Source of the DNA: Octopus vulgaris
Lineage: Eukaryota
Direction of reading: 5' to 3'
Assembly (NCBI GenBank): GCA_951406725.2
Contig: OX597829.1
Location: 42,842,001 to 42,906,000 of the forward strand
Length of the DNA: 64,000 nt
Shown: positions 41,847 to 54,780 of the stretch, piece after piece
Numbering within the stretch: position 1 is the stretch's first letter
Layout of the letters: every line of letters begins with the position of its first letter
Notes under the pieces: generated by a model
Database searches by the model: none
Told to the model about the DNA's origin: nothing
Seen by the model: the letters and a program-made list of their open reading frames with translations, nothing else
Translations under genes and position numbers: made by a program

Positions 41847-42154
41847 GTGTATGTGTGTATATATATATATACGTACATATACACATATATTATAAATTAA
41901 TTCATAAGTATATATATTTACCCATATATCAATGTGTGTGTGTGTGTGTGTGTGCGTGTGTGCGTTTTATGCATATATTTGTGCGTGTGTTTATGTATAC
42001 ATGCGTGTGTGTGCGTGCGCATGTGTGTCTATAATTTTTTTATATAGCTTATTTGTTTTCTTAAATGTTTATTTTTACTCTTAGTTAATTTATCGCTTCA
42101 TCCATTCATTCTTTCTTAATTGCATACACTTTTTCTTTTTCCTCAATCTCTCAC

Positions 42155-42253
<99 letters not shown>

Positions 42254-42330
42254 CAACAGCAGTAGTAGTAGCAGTAGTAGTAGTAGTAGTGGTGGTGGTG
42301 GTAGTGGTGGTGGTGATGGTGGTGGTGGTG

Positions 42331-42374
<44 letters not shown>

Positions 42375-42393
42375 GGTTGTTGTTGTGGTGGTG

Positions 42394-42437
<44 letters not shown>

Positions 42438-42453
42438 GGTGGTGGTGGTGGTG

Positions 42454-42497
<44 letters not shown>

Positions 42498-42504
42498 GGT
42501 GCTG

Positions 42505-42536
<32 letters not shown>

Positions 42537-42555
42537 TGTTGTTGTAGTAGTAGTG
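42155..42555. repeat. (TAG)n/(TGG)n microsatellite
   Basis: Direct reading. Confidence 0.95.
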
Positions 42556-43425
42556 TTTATATATTTATTCATTTTTTACGTAAGAATATATAACACACAT
42601 TTAGATCTTAATCCACATTGGAACAGCATTAGAGCGATTGTTATATATTTGAAACTAGGAACGTGTTGCTGAGGAGGAATAGAAATCAGAAGTTGCAAAT
42701 ATAAATATACACGAGATGTATAATTTGTTTTATAATGTTTCTAACGGTTCCCGAACTTACGATGCTTCTTACGATGCTTCTTCTCCTAACAGCTACAAAG
42801 TTTAAAAGTTGGCGAAGTCCATATGAGTGAGTAAAGTGGTTTGTACGTAAGACACACTTCACTACCCGACAAAAAAATGATGTAAACTGTTCACGTCTCA
42901 GCCTGTAAGACACTGCGAGCAAACTACCATAAGTTTTAACAAGAAAGAACAGTATAAATGAAAATGAAAAAGGAAAAAACAAATTTTAAACTTATGGCTA
43001 ACATGCTACAATGTAATCGTATATCTCATTGTTGTGGGCAGGCTTCAAAATGATCGTTACTTGTTGATTAATCATAATATTTTAGCGATTGATCAATAAT
43101 TGCTGATTAAGGAGCAGTCGTTTGCAGCCGGTAAATACCGTTTAATGACCAAAACCGGTAAGCTGTAAGTAATTTATATATAACGAGTGGAGTAATCAAT
43201 GAAATGTAAGTTAATCAATATAGAATGATAAAAGAAATGGAACAGACAGCGTGTTTTTAATGCTTAATACAGATTTATGAATTATGGGTATTATTGTTAG
43301 ATTATTTAAGTAACCAATGAACAACAAACTATATATTCGAGCAATAACATACTCGATGTTGACTGCCTTTTAGAACGCACTACAGCCTTGGCCATCCCAT
43401 TTTTTTCTGGCATATGTTTAAGACC

Positions 43426-43500
43426 GTGAAGGCGCGTGGTTTAGTGGTTAGGACATTCGGTTCACGATTGTAAGATCATGAGTTCAATTCCTGGCGATGC
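43426..43500 (+). mobile_element. Isolated SINE tRNA-like head H2
   Basis: GTGAAGGCGCGTGGTTTAGTGGTTAGG...GAGTTCAATTCCTGGCGA, like 33275. Confidence 0.7.
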
Positions 43501-43836
43501 CAGGCAGTACATTTTATTCTCGTATAGACGTCGTCATGTATCCAAGATGTAAGCAGTCAAGTTACAATGTCTCCATTCCGCTTTGTTGTATACAAGTATA
43601 ATTAGTTTGTACAGTTCTTCATTATTGATTGAGCGGGGTTGAAATTTTCGTTTCTTGGTGTTGTGGTTTTTGTTGTGTAAATCCATCACAAGAAGGATCA
43701 AGCCAATCTATAAAACACGGGTAGTTAAGGAAATAAATATCATGTATCCATTGCTCTGTACATAATGGACAAGTTGGGCAGATTTTGTACTCTCTGCAAA
43801 TCTTGATTGTTGTACATTTTTCTCATTAACATTATT

Positions 43837-44355
43837 GAGTGAGAGAGCAGCACACGCCATCTGAATGACGCTGGGTTACGAAGCCCAATATACTCACCAT
43901 GACTACACTTCTGATAAGGGTTCATCGGACACATGTGTATGACATGGTAGTTTTATATCAGGATAAACTGCGCCAAACCTTGCAGGTGGGGCTCAGTAAG
44001 AAATTTTCTTCAGGTTGAGTAGTTCATCTGGCTCAGAAAATCCCTGAATAGGTTTGTTTAAGGATGATGAACGAAACACCTATGTTTCCAGGGGTAAATT
44101 ATTCAAACCCCAAAGAATTCATCTCATCATATGGCTATGATGCTCCCCCACGACTTATGCTCATGATCAGAGGTGCACATATCGTCAGCCACTAATGGAC
44201 ATGGTCAACTGGTTAAGGTCAAACAACTGACAAACAAATCTGTAGTATGGGCAGAATATTTGCTGTAGCCCATCTTTTATACCAAGACAAGACAATGTAC
44301 ATGGTAACATTTCCAATCAGTTAAGACCAGAAGCCACATGAGCTAGTGCCTGGTA
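43837..44355 (-). mobile_element. Retroelement family D, second copy
   Basis: Colinear with 478-980. Confidence 0.75.
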
Positions 44356-44356
44356 C

Positions 44357-44388
<32 letters not shown>

Positions 44389-44546
44389 CTTCTTCTTCTT
44401 CTTCTTCTTCTTCTTCTTCTTCTTCTTCTTCTTCTTCTTCTTCTTCTTCTTCTTCTTCTTCTTCTTCTTCTTCTTCTTCTTCTCCTTCTTCTTCTTCTTC
44501 TTCTTCTTCTTCTTCTTCTTCTCCTCTTCCTCCTCCTCCTCCTTCT

Positions 44547-44995
44547 CGTTGTTGCTGTTGTTTACTTTTAATCTGCATGTTCGTTACAATCATTCGCCGA
44601 CACACACCCAGCATCCTAGGGCGAGTGAAGGATAAGAGATGTTACAGTATGACTGAAAGCTTGGGGGGGGGGGGCGAAGTGGCAGGAGCAGCAGTGAAAT
44701 ATCTTCATGTAATACAACAGAGACATCTAAATGGATGAGGGTTTTCAAAGGATGTAGGCAGTACCTGTTAGCACAATCTTTCGGATTTCTCTGAGACATG
44801 GTTCTTAGATGTTTTTTTGTCCCTTTCTTATCATACATAGGACACCCTCAATAACAGGAAAAGTTCTCGCTTTAAGATACCACATCTTTTATATTTCAAT
44901 TTCCAGGTCCTTGTATTTACTTAATTTGTCAAATTTCTTTACAGATATATTTCTATCAGTGGGAACATTTATATCTATTAGTCTACAAGTATTTA
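44547..44995 (-). mobile_element. R4/Dong-like non-LTR 3' fragment (RLE C-terminus + 3'UTR)
   Basis: TCRLIDINVPTDRNISVKKFDKLSKYKDLEIEI*KMW...KIVLTGTAYIL; bounded by trinucleotide microsatellites. Confidence 0.8.
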
Positions 44996-45018
44996 TTATT
45001 ATTGTTGTTATTATTATT

Positions 45019-45060
<42 letters not shown>

Positions 45061-45119
45061 GCTGTTGTTGTTGTTGTTGTTGTGTTGCTGTTGCTGTTGT
45101 CGTTATTATTCGACTGTTC

Positions 45120-45230
45120 TTTCGTCCTTTCGGGGTCGCTGAAAAAAGGTTTCAACTGAGCACTCGGGTCGATATAATCGAGTAAGACACATCCCTCAAA
45201 ATTTCAAGCCTTGTGCTTATAGCAGAAAAC
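45120..45230 (+). mobile_element. SINE B fragment
   Basis: TTTCGTCCTTTCGGGGTCG...GGGTCGATATAATCGA. Confidence 0.65.
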
Positions 45231-45929
45231 ATTATTATTAAACTGTGTCAAACAGCTGTTAATGCGTCTGGGACAAATCCGACTATCGGCCAAGTCCATT
45301 GTGAAAATAGCCCCACCACCCACCTTTAACAAGGCAGGGCAGGCGTTGTTCCTGCCTAGCAGCTAAGAAATATGTTGTACGGTAAACGAGGTTGAAAGGA
45401 TTGTGAAAAGACTATTTCCTCTTCGGTCAAACTCTCATCATCTTTAAAAAGTTCCGCTTGAAAAGGAAAGTGAGGGCGGAGAGGAAAGCGTTACCTCCCT
45501 GTGAATTTGTGAAAAGATGGGTGACTGTGGCAAAAAATGGTTAGAGTGAATAGTCCTACTCAATGTATTTGCCCGTAGATTGGAGAGCATGCGAGAGGGT
45601 TCGTACCTTTGTCGATCAGGGTAATCCTGGATCTGGTGGGGTACCTTGATTGGTCCTGTTTGAAGTACCTCCTGTATCAAGAGTATGTGATAATATCAAT
45701 GATATTATCACACACTTTGTATTCTCTGTATACTTTTATTGCATTTCACCGATCTTTTCCGTTTATTTTTTCCCATCCTTTAATGTAAATTCCAACACAA
45801 TTTGTTTATTATCTTTGTGACGTCAACCTGATCTGTGCCCCTGTGACTAATAAAAGAAATTATTATTATTATTATTTTTATTGTTGTTTTTATTATTATC
45901 ATTACTATTGTTGTCCTTATTATTAGAAA

Positions 45930-46179
45930 CAGCAGCAGCAGCAGCAGTAGCAGCAGTAGCAGCAGCGGTAGCAGCAGCGGTAGCAGCAGCAGCAGTAGCA
46001 GCAGCAGTAGCAGCAGCAGTAGTAGCAGCAGCAGCAGTAGTAGTAGTAGTAGTAGTAGTAGTTGTTGTTGTTGTTGTTGTAGTAGTCACAGCAGCTGCAG
46101 CAATAGTAGTGGTAGTAGTAGTAGTAGCAGCAGTATTATTATTATTAGTAGTAGTAGTAGTAGTAGTAGTAGCAGCAGC

Positions 46180-46220
<41 letters not shown>

Positions 46221-46296
46221 CAGCAGCAGTAGCAGTATTATTATTATTATTATTAGTAGTAGTAGTAGTAGTAGTAGCAGCAGCAGCAGCAGTAGC

Positions 46297-46367
<71 letters not shown>

Positions 46368-46388
46368 CAGCAGCAGCAGTAGCAGTAC

Positions 46389-46479
<91 letters not shown>

Positions 46480-46480
46480 T
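45930..46480. repeat. (CAG)/(TAG) compound microsatellite
   Basis: Direct reading. Confidence 0.95.
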
Positions 46481-47337
46481 GTTTTTGGTCTCTAGTTATT
46501 TACATCACATAACCGTGGAAGCGCTTGCTTATGAGTCATATTTCAAAAACACCCATTATTTTATCGGGCTTGTTTTGACTGGAATTTATTAAATACCTGA
46601 TTCTAAAGATACGAACTCCTCTTTAATATTCTATAGATAATATAGATTTCAGAATTTAACTTCCAACACGTCGCCATTTTATAAATTGATTTACCAGCCA
46701 GTTCATACTGTGAGAAATTGTGAAAATTGTTTGATATTGTTTGAAACCACCCGTTAAGATTCATCTTCTCGAACAATAACAGATAGTTCATATTACATTT
46801 CCGATAAACCGCTATTAAAAGGGCTAGTGACCAAATAATAAACCTAAATGTCCTCTTTCCTTGAACTGAGAACTCCACAGGTTTTGCAGCGATCAGGAGA
46901 CTAAAATCTGACGGTTTATAATACAAACGACCATGGTGTGATTTCGATGCGTTTAGCTTCAAACGGCTTCGGAATATAAAGTAATGTTTTGTTGTTGTTT
47001 ATTTTTATTTCTCAATATTTGGATCTAGAATACTCTTAGAGAATTTCATCAAACTGGTGGAGCTAATTACAGAAGCTCAGTAGGAATTCAAGTTTCTTGT
47101 CTGAACTAACTGCTAAGGTGTTGCTGTTTTATTATGAATGATATGAATTTAACCGCTTTCCTGTCAACTGAACCAGACGTGACTCGCTGTTGAACTGCAG
47201 ACGAGAATGAAGAGAAAAATTAAAGTTTCTTTTACGTTCAGGTGACAAGTGAAATACTGGAAGCGAGCTGTAAGATAACACGTAAGTCATAACATACACA
47301 GATCAGTAATTTTATTATGTGTGTAAATATATATATA

Positions 47338-47409
<72 letters not shown>

Positions 47410-47425
47410 CGTGTGTGTGTGTGTG

Positions 47426-47487
<62 letters not shown>

Positions 47488-47493
<6 letters not shown>

Positions 47494-48331
47494 CGTATAT
47501 ATATTACATTCAAATTATGATGGATGTAAACAAACAAACGAAGTTTGCTTTAGAAGCGTTGGGATGTCTTAGAAAGTTAAGGAAATGATTTTTTTTTTAA
47601 TTCTCAAACGCAGGATAATGCTTACAATATGGCCTGAACAGGATAAGTTACCCCTATTTTGCAGAAAAAGTGTTGGCGGCCGGCTATGAGGCTCGAACTC
47701 TTCTGCAAAATAGGGGTAGATTATCCTGTTCAGGCTATATATATATAGATATACACATTGTGATTTACTATTTTATTTATAGATGAATATTATCTCAGAC
47801 TCAATCACTGTTCTGTTTCACTACAACACCTGGTTTACAAGAATCGCGGATAAAAGGTACCAAAAATCCCTCAAGTGAATGTCCTCATAAACAACGTAGA
47901 GAAGAAGGCACTAATCTACGTATCTACAAGTGCATTTATACATGGTTGTATATACGTACATAGACGTATATTTGTGAACTTAAAAAAACATTTATCAAAA
48001 ATGATGTGTGTGAGTGCGTGTATATATATATATATATATATATGTTTATACAAATATACATACACGCAACATATATATGCACACACACACACACACACAT
48101 AGATAGATGGATATATACATATATACACACATGTATATATATATATATATATATACATGCATGCATACATATATATATGAATATAGGTATATATACATAA
48201 GTATGTAAGTGTATATATATTTGTGTGTTTGTATATACATATATATATATACATATGTATATATATATATATAATATATATATATATACATATATATATA
48301 TACATATATATATATACATATATATATATAC

Positions 48332-48402
<71 letters not shown>

Positions 48403-48580
48403 TTCTGCAAAATAGGGGTAACTTATCCTGTTCAGGCCATATTGTAAGCATTATCCTGCGTTTGAGAATTAAAAAAAAAATCATTTCCTTAATTTCTAAG
48501 ACATCCCAACGCTTCTAAAGCAAACTTCGTTTGTTTGTTTACATCCATCATAATTTGAATGTAATATATATACGTATAAA
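47488..48580. repeat. 180-bp inverted repeat with a nested 35-bp hairpin
   Basis: 47488-47668 pairs with 48401-48580 (one indel seen); 47632-47666 pairs with 47701-47735. Confidence 0.92.
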
Positions 48581-48638
48581 TATATATATATATATATAAA
48601 TACACACACACACGCACGCACACATACACACACACACT

Positions 48639-48691
<53 letters not shown>

Positions 48692-48696
<5 letters not shown>

Positions 48697-48857
48697 AGGA
48701 ATAGAATTTGAAAATGTAAGAATCTTTTCAAAGTATTTATTAACCTAACCGGTTTCATTTATTATTATTCAAAAACAGATTTTTAAAGAAGTGAAACCGA
48801 TTAATTTAATAAATACTTTTTAAAAAATCCTGCATTTTCAGATTCTTTTCCTTATAT
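48692..48857. repeat. About 68-bp diverged inverted repeat with GAAACCGGTT..AATAAA ends
   Basis: 48692-48760 pairs with 48789-48857. Confidence 0.8.
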
Positions 48858-48893
48858 TTTTACCCGTGCGGTAAAGCCCAACCTTACTTTGTC

Positions 48894-48932
<39 letters not shown>

Positions 48933-49041
48933 TTCAGGGTGAGTACTTGATAATTATAATTATAAGCACCTGTGTATACCGTTTGGTGGTGTAGGTGGTG
49001 GAGTAAATTGATCAAAATAAAAACATGATGCGAAGGATTCA

Positions 49042-49119
49042 GCGGAACATATGTTTCGGGCCTTTATTAGACAGATTTATAACAATGCATAATGTATGTC
49101 TGTGGCCTTCTTCAGCCGC
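49042..49119 (-). ncRNA. Type I hammerhead, GUU site
   Basis: GCGG-CTGAAGA-A-GGCC...GGCC-C-GAAAC-ATAT-GTT-CCGC. Confidence 0.75.
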
Positions 49120-49789
49120 GCACAACAGCTTCCACAAGGACATGTGTTACATCAAAAATTCTTGGTTGGGGATGCAAATCCTCTCATTCGCGTACGACAT
49201 AATGCGGCAGCAGCATAGAATTGAAGCGTCCATCTCTTTCTTCTCTCAATGTAGAATGAGGAAAATTGGATGTTGAAGTAATGTAAATAAATAAATACAT
49301 ATATAGACGTGAAGGTGGAGGGGCGAGAATTCAGGACGAGGGATAAGAAATGTATAAAAAGTGTAAGTATAGAAAAATATAAAAATGTAGAGCCTAAAGA
49401 TATAAAGAGATATAAGGAGATGTAAAGGGGGTATAAAGAATAAAGAATATTCTTTATATTTCTTTATATTCTTTATACCACCTTTACATCTCCTTATATC
49501 TCTTTATATCTTTAGGCTCTACATTTTTATATTTTTCTATACTTACACTTTTTATACATTTCTTATCCCTCGTCCTGAATTCTCGCCCCTCCACCTTCAC
49601 GTCTATATATGTATTTATTTATTTACATTACTTCAACATCCAATTTTCCTCATTCTACATTGAGAGAAGAAAGAGATGGACGCTTCAATTCTATGCTGCT
49701 GCCGCATTATGTCGTACGCGAATGAGAGGATTTGCATCCCCAACCAAGAATTTTTGATGTAACACATGTCCTTGTGGAAGCTGTTGTGC

Positions 49790-49867
49790 GCGGCTGAAGA
49801 AGGCCACAGACATACATTATGCATTGTTATAAATCTGTCTAATAAAGGCCCGAAACATATGTACCGC
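49790..49867 (+). ncRNA. Type I hammerhead, GUA site
   Basis: GCGG-CTGAAGA(49794-49800)-A-GGCC...GGCC-C-GAAAC-ATAT-GTA-CCGC. Confidence 0.78.
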
Positions 49868-49894
49868 TGAATCCTTCGCATCATGTTTTTATTT

Positions 49895-49945
<51 letters not shown>

Positions 49946-50429
49946 AAGCAAATACGTAACAAGGATGTCCCAGGTATTAGTGCATTATAGTCGTTTCAAA
50001 CGGCTACAATAATTGCAAAAAGGAGAAATGAATTTTAGTTTCTAGTACTGATGAAAAATTTACTGTAATGTTTGTATTCATCGATTAAGTGGAGGCGCTT
50101 GGAACGGCCCTAACGAACTATTATTACCTGGACATACTTGTTACTTATTTGATTTTTATTCACCTAACTTCGAGCTGTGCGGACAATACTGGACAGACTT
50201 GGTACCTCAAGTGAAGTACCTAATTCAACAGAGCGGCAACTTAGCGTAACGTAAATTAGCGGTATGTGCCTATCTTTTTCTTTTTTTAACTTAGAGTAAA
50301 TATTTACCGACTTCTTACTTGATAGCAAGACTGTGACGGAAAGCATCTTGTTTTGTTCATCATCCGTCAAATCTTAAGAAGATCTTGCAGATTTCTATAG
50401 TCTCAGATGCCGTGATCATTCGTAGCATA

Positions 50430-50725
50430 TGAATTAAGGATTTGCGTTTCCTCTCTTGGGCCTAGATTCGACCATATTTTTTGCTCAAGGCAAGTTGGTG
50501 TGTATCCTGTTGCTCCCAAATTTTTAGGTATGAAGCTGCAAGTGTATCTTGTGTAATGGAACTGCAGACACTTATCAAGGATCCATAGATTTCCACTTTC
50601 TCTTTTATTTTTCCAACCCACATTCCTGTCCAGAAAGCAGATGACTTCAACAACAGAAAATGTCGTTTCTTTGTGATCCCACAAAATAATATCTGGCTGT
50701 TTGTGTTTTAACATGGCGGCTGTTT
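50430..50725 (-). mobile_element. RLE-type non-LTR retrotransposon endonuclease relic
   Basis: KHKQPDIILWDHKETTFSVVEV..LD.N / KEKVEIYGSLI / FIPKNLGATG: PD-(D/E)xK-type motif, frameshifted. Confidence 0.65.
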
Positions 50726-50754
50726 TAAGTTCCACCAATTTGAATATACATACG

Positions 50755-51830
50755 TATGTATGTATGTATGTTATGTATGTTATGTATGTATGTATGTATG
50801 TATGTATGTATGTATGTATGTATGTATGTTATGTATGTATGTATGTATGTATGTATGTATGTATGTATGTATGTATGTATGTATGTATGTATGTATGTAT
50901 GTATGTATGTATGTATGTATGTATGTATGTATGTATGTATGTATGTATGTATGTATGTATGTATGTATGTATGTATGTATGTATGTGTGTCTGTCTGTCT
51001 GTATGTATGTATGTATGTATGTATGTATGTATGAATGTATGAATGTATGTATGTATGTATATATGTATGTATGTATGTATGTGTGTATGTATGTATGAAT
51101 GTATGTATGTATGAATGTATGTATGTATGTATGTATGTGTGTGTGTGTGTCTGTCTGTATGTATGTATGTATGTATGTGTGTATGTATGTATGTATGTAT
51201 GTATGTATGTATGTATGTATGTATGTATGTATGTATGTATGTATGTATGTATGTATGTATGTGTGTCTGTCTGTATGTATGTATGTATGTATGTATGTAT
51301 GTATGTATGTATGTATGTATGTATGTCTGTATCTATGTATGAATGTATGTATGTATGTATGTATGTATGTATGTATGTATGCATGTATGTATGTATGTAT
51401 GAATGTATGAATGTATGTATGTATGTATGTATGTATGTATGTGTGTATGTATGTATGAATGTATGTATGCATGAATGTATGTATGTATGTATGTATGTAT
51501 GTATGTATGTGTGTGTGTGTGTGTCTGTCTGTCTGTATGTATGTATGTATGTGTGTGTATGTATGTATGTATGTATGCATGTATGTATGTATGTATGTAT
51601 GTATGTGTGTGTGTGTGTGTCTGTCTGTCTGTCTGTATGTATGTATGTATGTATGTGTGTATGTATGTATGTATGTATGTATGTTTGTATGCATGTATGT
51701 ATGCATGTATGTATGCATGTATGTATGTACGTATTTATATATGTATGTAAGTATGTATGTATGTTTGTATGCATGTACGCATATGTTTGTATGCATGTAT
51801 GTATTACGTATTTATGTATGTATATATGTA
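50755..51830. repeat. (TATG)n microsatellite of about 1.1 kb with higher-order variants
   Basis: Direct reading. Confidence 0.95.
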
Positions 51831-51834
51831 TGTT

Positions 51835-52536
51835 TGTGCAGGATCTGCACAAAGCAGGATTTCATGGGAGGGCTGCAATCAGAAAACCATTACTTTCAAA
51901 AACAAACGTTGCAAATCGTTTAGAGTGAAGTAAAAACCTACAGAATTGGTCCCTAGAGTAGTGGAAGAATGTTATTTTCTCGGACGAGTCATCCTTGACC
52001 ACCGGCCAAGTATATGTGTGGAAACAGCCAGAAGAAGCATTTTACCCAGACTGCCTTCTTCCAGCTGTTAAACATGGAGGAGGATCTGTGATGATCTGGC
52101 GGGCTATATCTTGGAAATCCACCGGTCCAGTGGTTTCCCTTCATGGCAGAATTAACAGTGAAGGCTATGGTTGAGGAACTGTTTCCTGAGGGAAACGCGA
52201 TCTTTCAGGATGATTACTTACCAATTCACACTGCCAAAGTTGTAACTGAATGGCACGAGGAACATTCTCTTATCTGGCCATCACAATCCCCAGATCTCAA
52301 TATTATTGAACATTTATGGTGCATTTTAGAAAAAAAAACAAGTAAGCAATCGATATAATCAACCATCATCACCACAAGAACTGGAGAGTGTCTCGGTTGA
52401 AGAATGGGCAAAAATTCCTTTGGAAACAATTCAAACTTTGTACGGGTCTATACCTGGTAGAATAAAAGCTGTAATTACTGCCATATTAAATAAATCTGTT
52501 TGAAGTTTTGAGGTGTTTCCATTATTTTGTCCAACT

Positions 52537-52540
<4 letters not shown>
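51835..52540 (+). mobile_element. Tc1-like (DDxE) transposase pseudogene with 3' TIR
   Basis: LHKAGFHGRAAIRKPLLSKTN..WKNVIFSDES..VKHGGGSVMIW..FQDD..WPSQSPDLNIIEHLW; ends GTTTCCATTATTTTGTCCAAC then (TA)n. Confidence 0.9.
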
Positions 52541-52592
<52 letters not shown>

Positions 52593-52595
<3 letters not shown>

Positions 52596-52995
52596 GAGTG
52601 GCTAAGTGGTAAGTAGCTTGTTTACCAACCACATGGTTCCGGGTTCAGTCCCACTGCGTGGCACCTTGGGCAGGTGTCTTCTACTATAGCCCCGGGCCGA
52701 CCAATGCCTTGTGAGTGGATTTTGTAAACGGAAACTGAAAGAAGCCCGTCATACATATGTATATATATGTATGTGCGTGTGTGTTTGTGTGTCTGTGTTT
52801 GCCCCCCTAGCATTGCTTGACAACCGATGCTGGTGTGTTTATGTCCCCGTTACTTAGCGGTTCGGCAAAAAGAGACCGATAGAATAAGTACCGGGCTTAC
52901 AAAGAATAAGTCCCGGGGTCGATTTGCTCGATTAAAGGCAGTGCTCCAGCATGGCCGCAGTCAAATGACTGAAACAAGTAAAAAGAGAGAATAAA
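52593..52995 (+). mobile_element. SINE A, full length
   Basis: Head, core, microsatellite and tail present. Confidence 0.92.
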
Positions 52996-53291
52996 GATAT
53001 ATATATATATATATATACTTATATATTGGTAGATAAGTTTCTTTATTGGCCAAACAGGGCTGCACACAGATGGGACAAGTTACAAGGTAGAGCTTTTCTT
53101 TGGGGGCGGGGTGAAAAAAAAAGGTGGCGTAGGTTTTCGATCAAAAGGGATCGTAAAAGGGAAAAAAGAACAAAAAAAAGGAAAAGAAAAAAAGAAAAAA
53201 AAGGAAAAGAAAAAAAAGAAAAAAGGGAAAAGAAGAAAAAAGAGGATAGATAGATAGACAGACAAACAGATAGATATACAGATAGATATAC

Positions 53292-53440
<149 letters not shown>

Positions 53441-53838
53441 TTTCGAAACAAGTTTTGCTGCATAGATGCGCCACTATATCTGTTCGTGAGTGATAACTTA
53501 CTGGCAATCCCCCCCGGTGTAAGCACTGAGCCCGGCGTTTTGTTTCGCTTCTGTCACGTTTGAGACACTCGGTTCTCTCACTTCTTTCTCACTTGGCCGC
53601 CTGTTTCGTTTTAACTACTGCATTACTTGCAAAGGTGATGAGTGTATGTATGAAGTGCCTGTGAAATATAGAGAAGGAAAAAAGAAATGAAGAAGACAGA
53701 GAGATAGAGAAGGTGATAGAAAAGCTAAAAAAAAAGAAAAAAAAAGAAGAAAGTTTGAAGGAGGATGTGTGCATGTAGAGGCGCGTGTGAGAGAGACTAT
53801 AAGAAAAATAAAGCGAGAAAGGGAGAGAAAGAAATCCG

Positions 53839-53872
<34 letters not shown>

Positions 53873-54387
53873 ATTTTTGCGGTACACATCAAGTGATCTG
53901 GTAAGTAAGCCCAAGAGAGGAAGATGTGGGATTCTCTCTGCATGCATACATACATATGTATATATATGTACATATATATATATATCTATATATATATATA
54001 TGTATATATACATACATATGTATGTATGCATATATATGTATGTATATATATATATGCATATATATATGTATATATATAGATAGATATATATACGTACATA
54101 TACATATATGTATATATGTATATATATACATATACATATATACATATACGTATACATATACATATACATATATATACATACACACGTGTACATACATATG
54201 CATGTGTGTGTATATGTGTGTATGCTTGCATGTATGTGTGTATGTATGTATGTCTTTATATATATATATATACATATATATACATATATATATGTATACA
54301 CACACACACATATACCTATATATATATGGAGACATTCATACACGTTCTCCGCGTGTGTTATCTCCACCTTCATATACACATATAAAC

Positions 54388-54437
<50 letters not shown>

Positions 54438-54460
54438 TAGACAGACAGACAGAGAGGGAA

Positions 54461-54718
54461 CTTTATAAACACTGGCCGTGCTGCAGTATGGCCACAGCCT
54501 TAGGGTTGAAACGTATAAAAGAATAGAAGAATAAACGAACAGTCGCGGGAGTGGCTGTGTGGTAAGTAACTTGCTAACCAACCACATGGTTCCGCGTTCA
54601 GTCCTACTGCGTGGCACCTTGGGACAGTGTCTTCTACTATAGCCTCGGGCCGACCAAAACTCTGTAAGTGGATTTGGAAGACGGAAACTGAAAGAAGCCT
54701 GTTGTATATATATATATG

Positions 54719-54780
<62 letters not shown>

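Larger units (their letters stand above)
48932..49898. mobile_element. Palindromic Penelope-like/retrozyme element with 432-bp arms, about 24-nt spacer and an HHR on each strand
   Basis: 49011-49442 is the reverse complement of 49467-49898 with 2 mismatches seen; flanked by TA/GA microsatellites. Confidence 0.88.

Noticed and set aside
46603-46962. 119-aa non-repetitive ORF
   Set aside because: Non-ATG start and no recognisable family; probably chance or unrecognised TE debris
49025-49962. Twin 83-aa and 109-aa ORFs with nearly identical sequence
   Set aside because: They result from the palindrome, run antisense to the ribozyme and show no recognisable motif
51835-52540. Functional transposase or reverse transcriptase gene (here or in the other TE relics)
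   Set aside because: All TE coding relics contain stops, frameshifts or deletions
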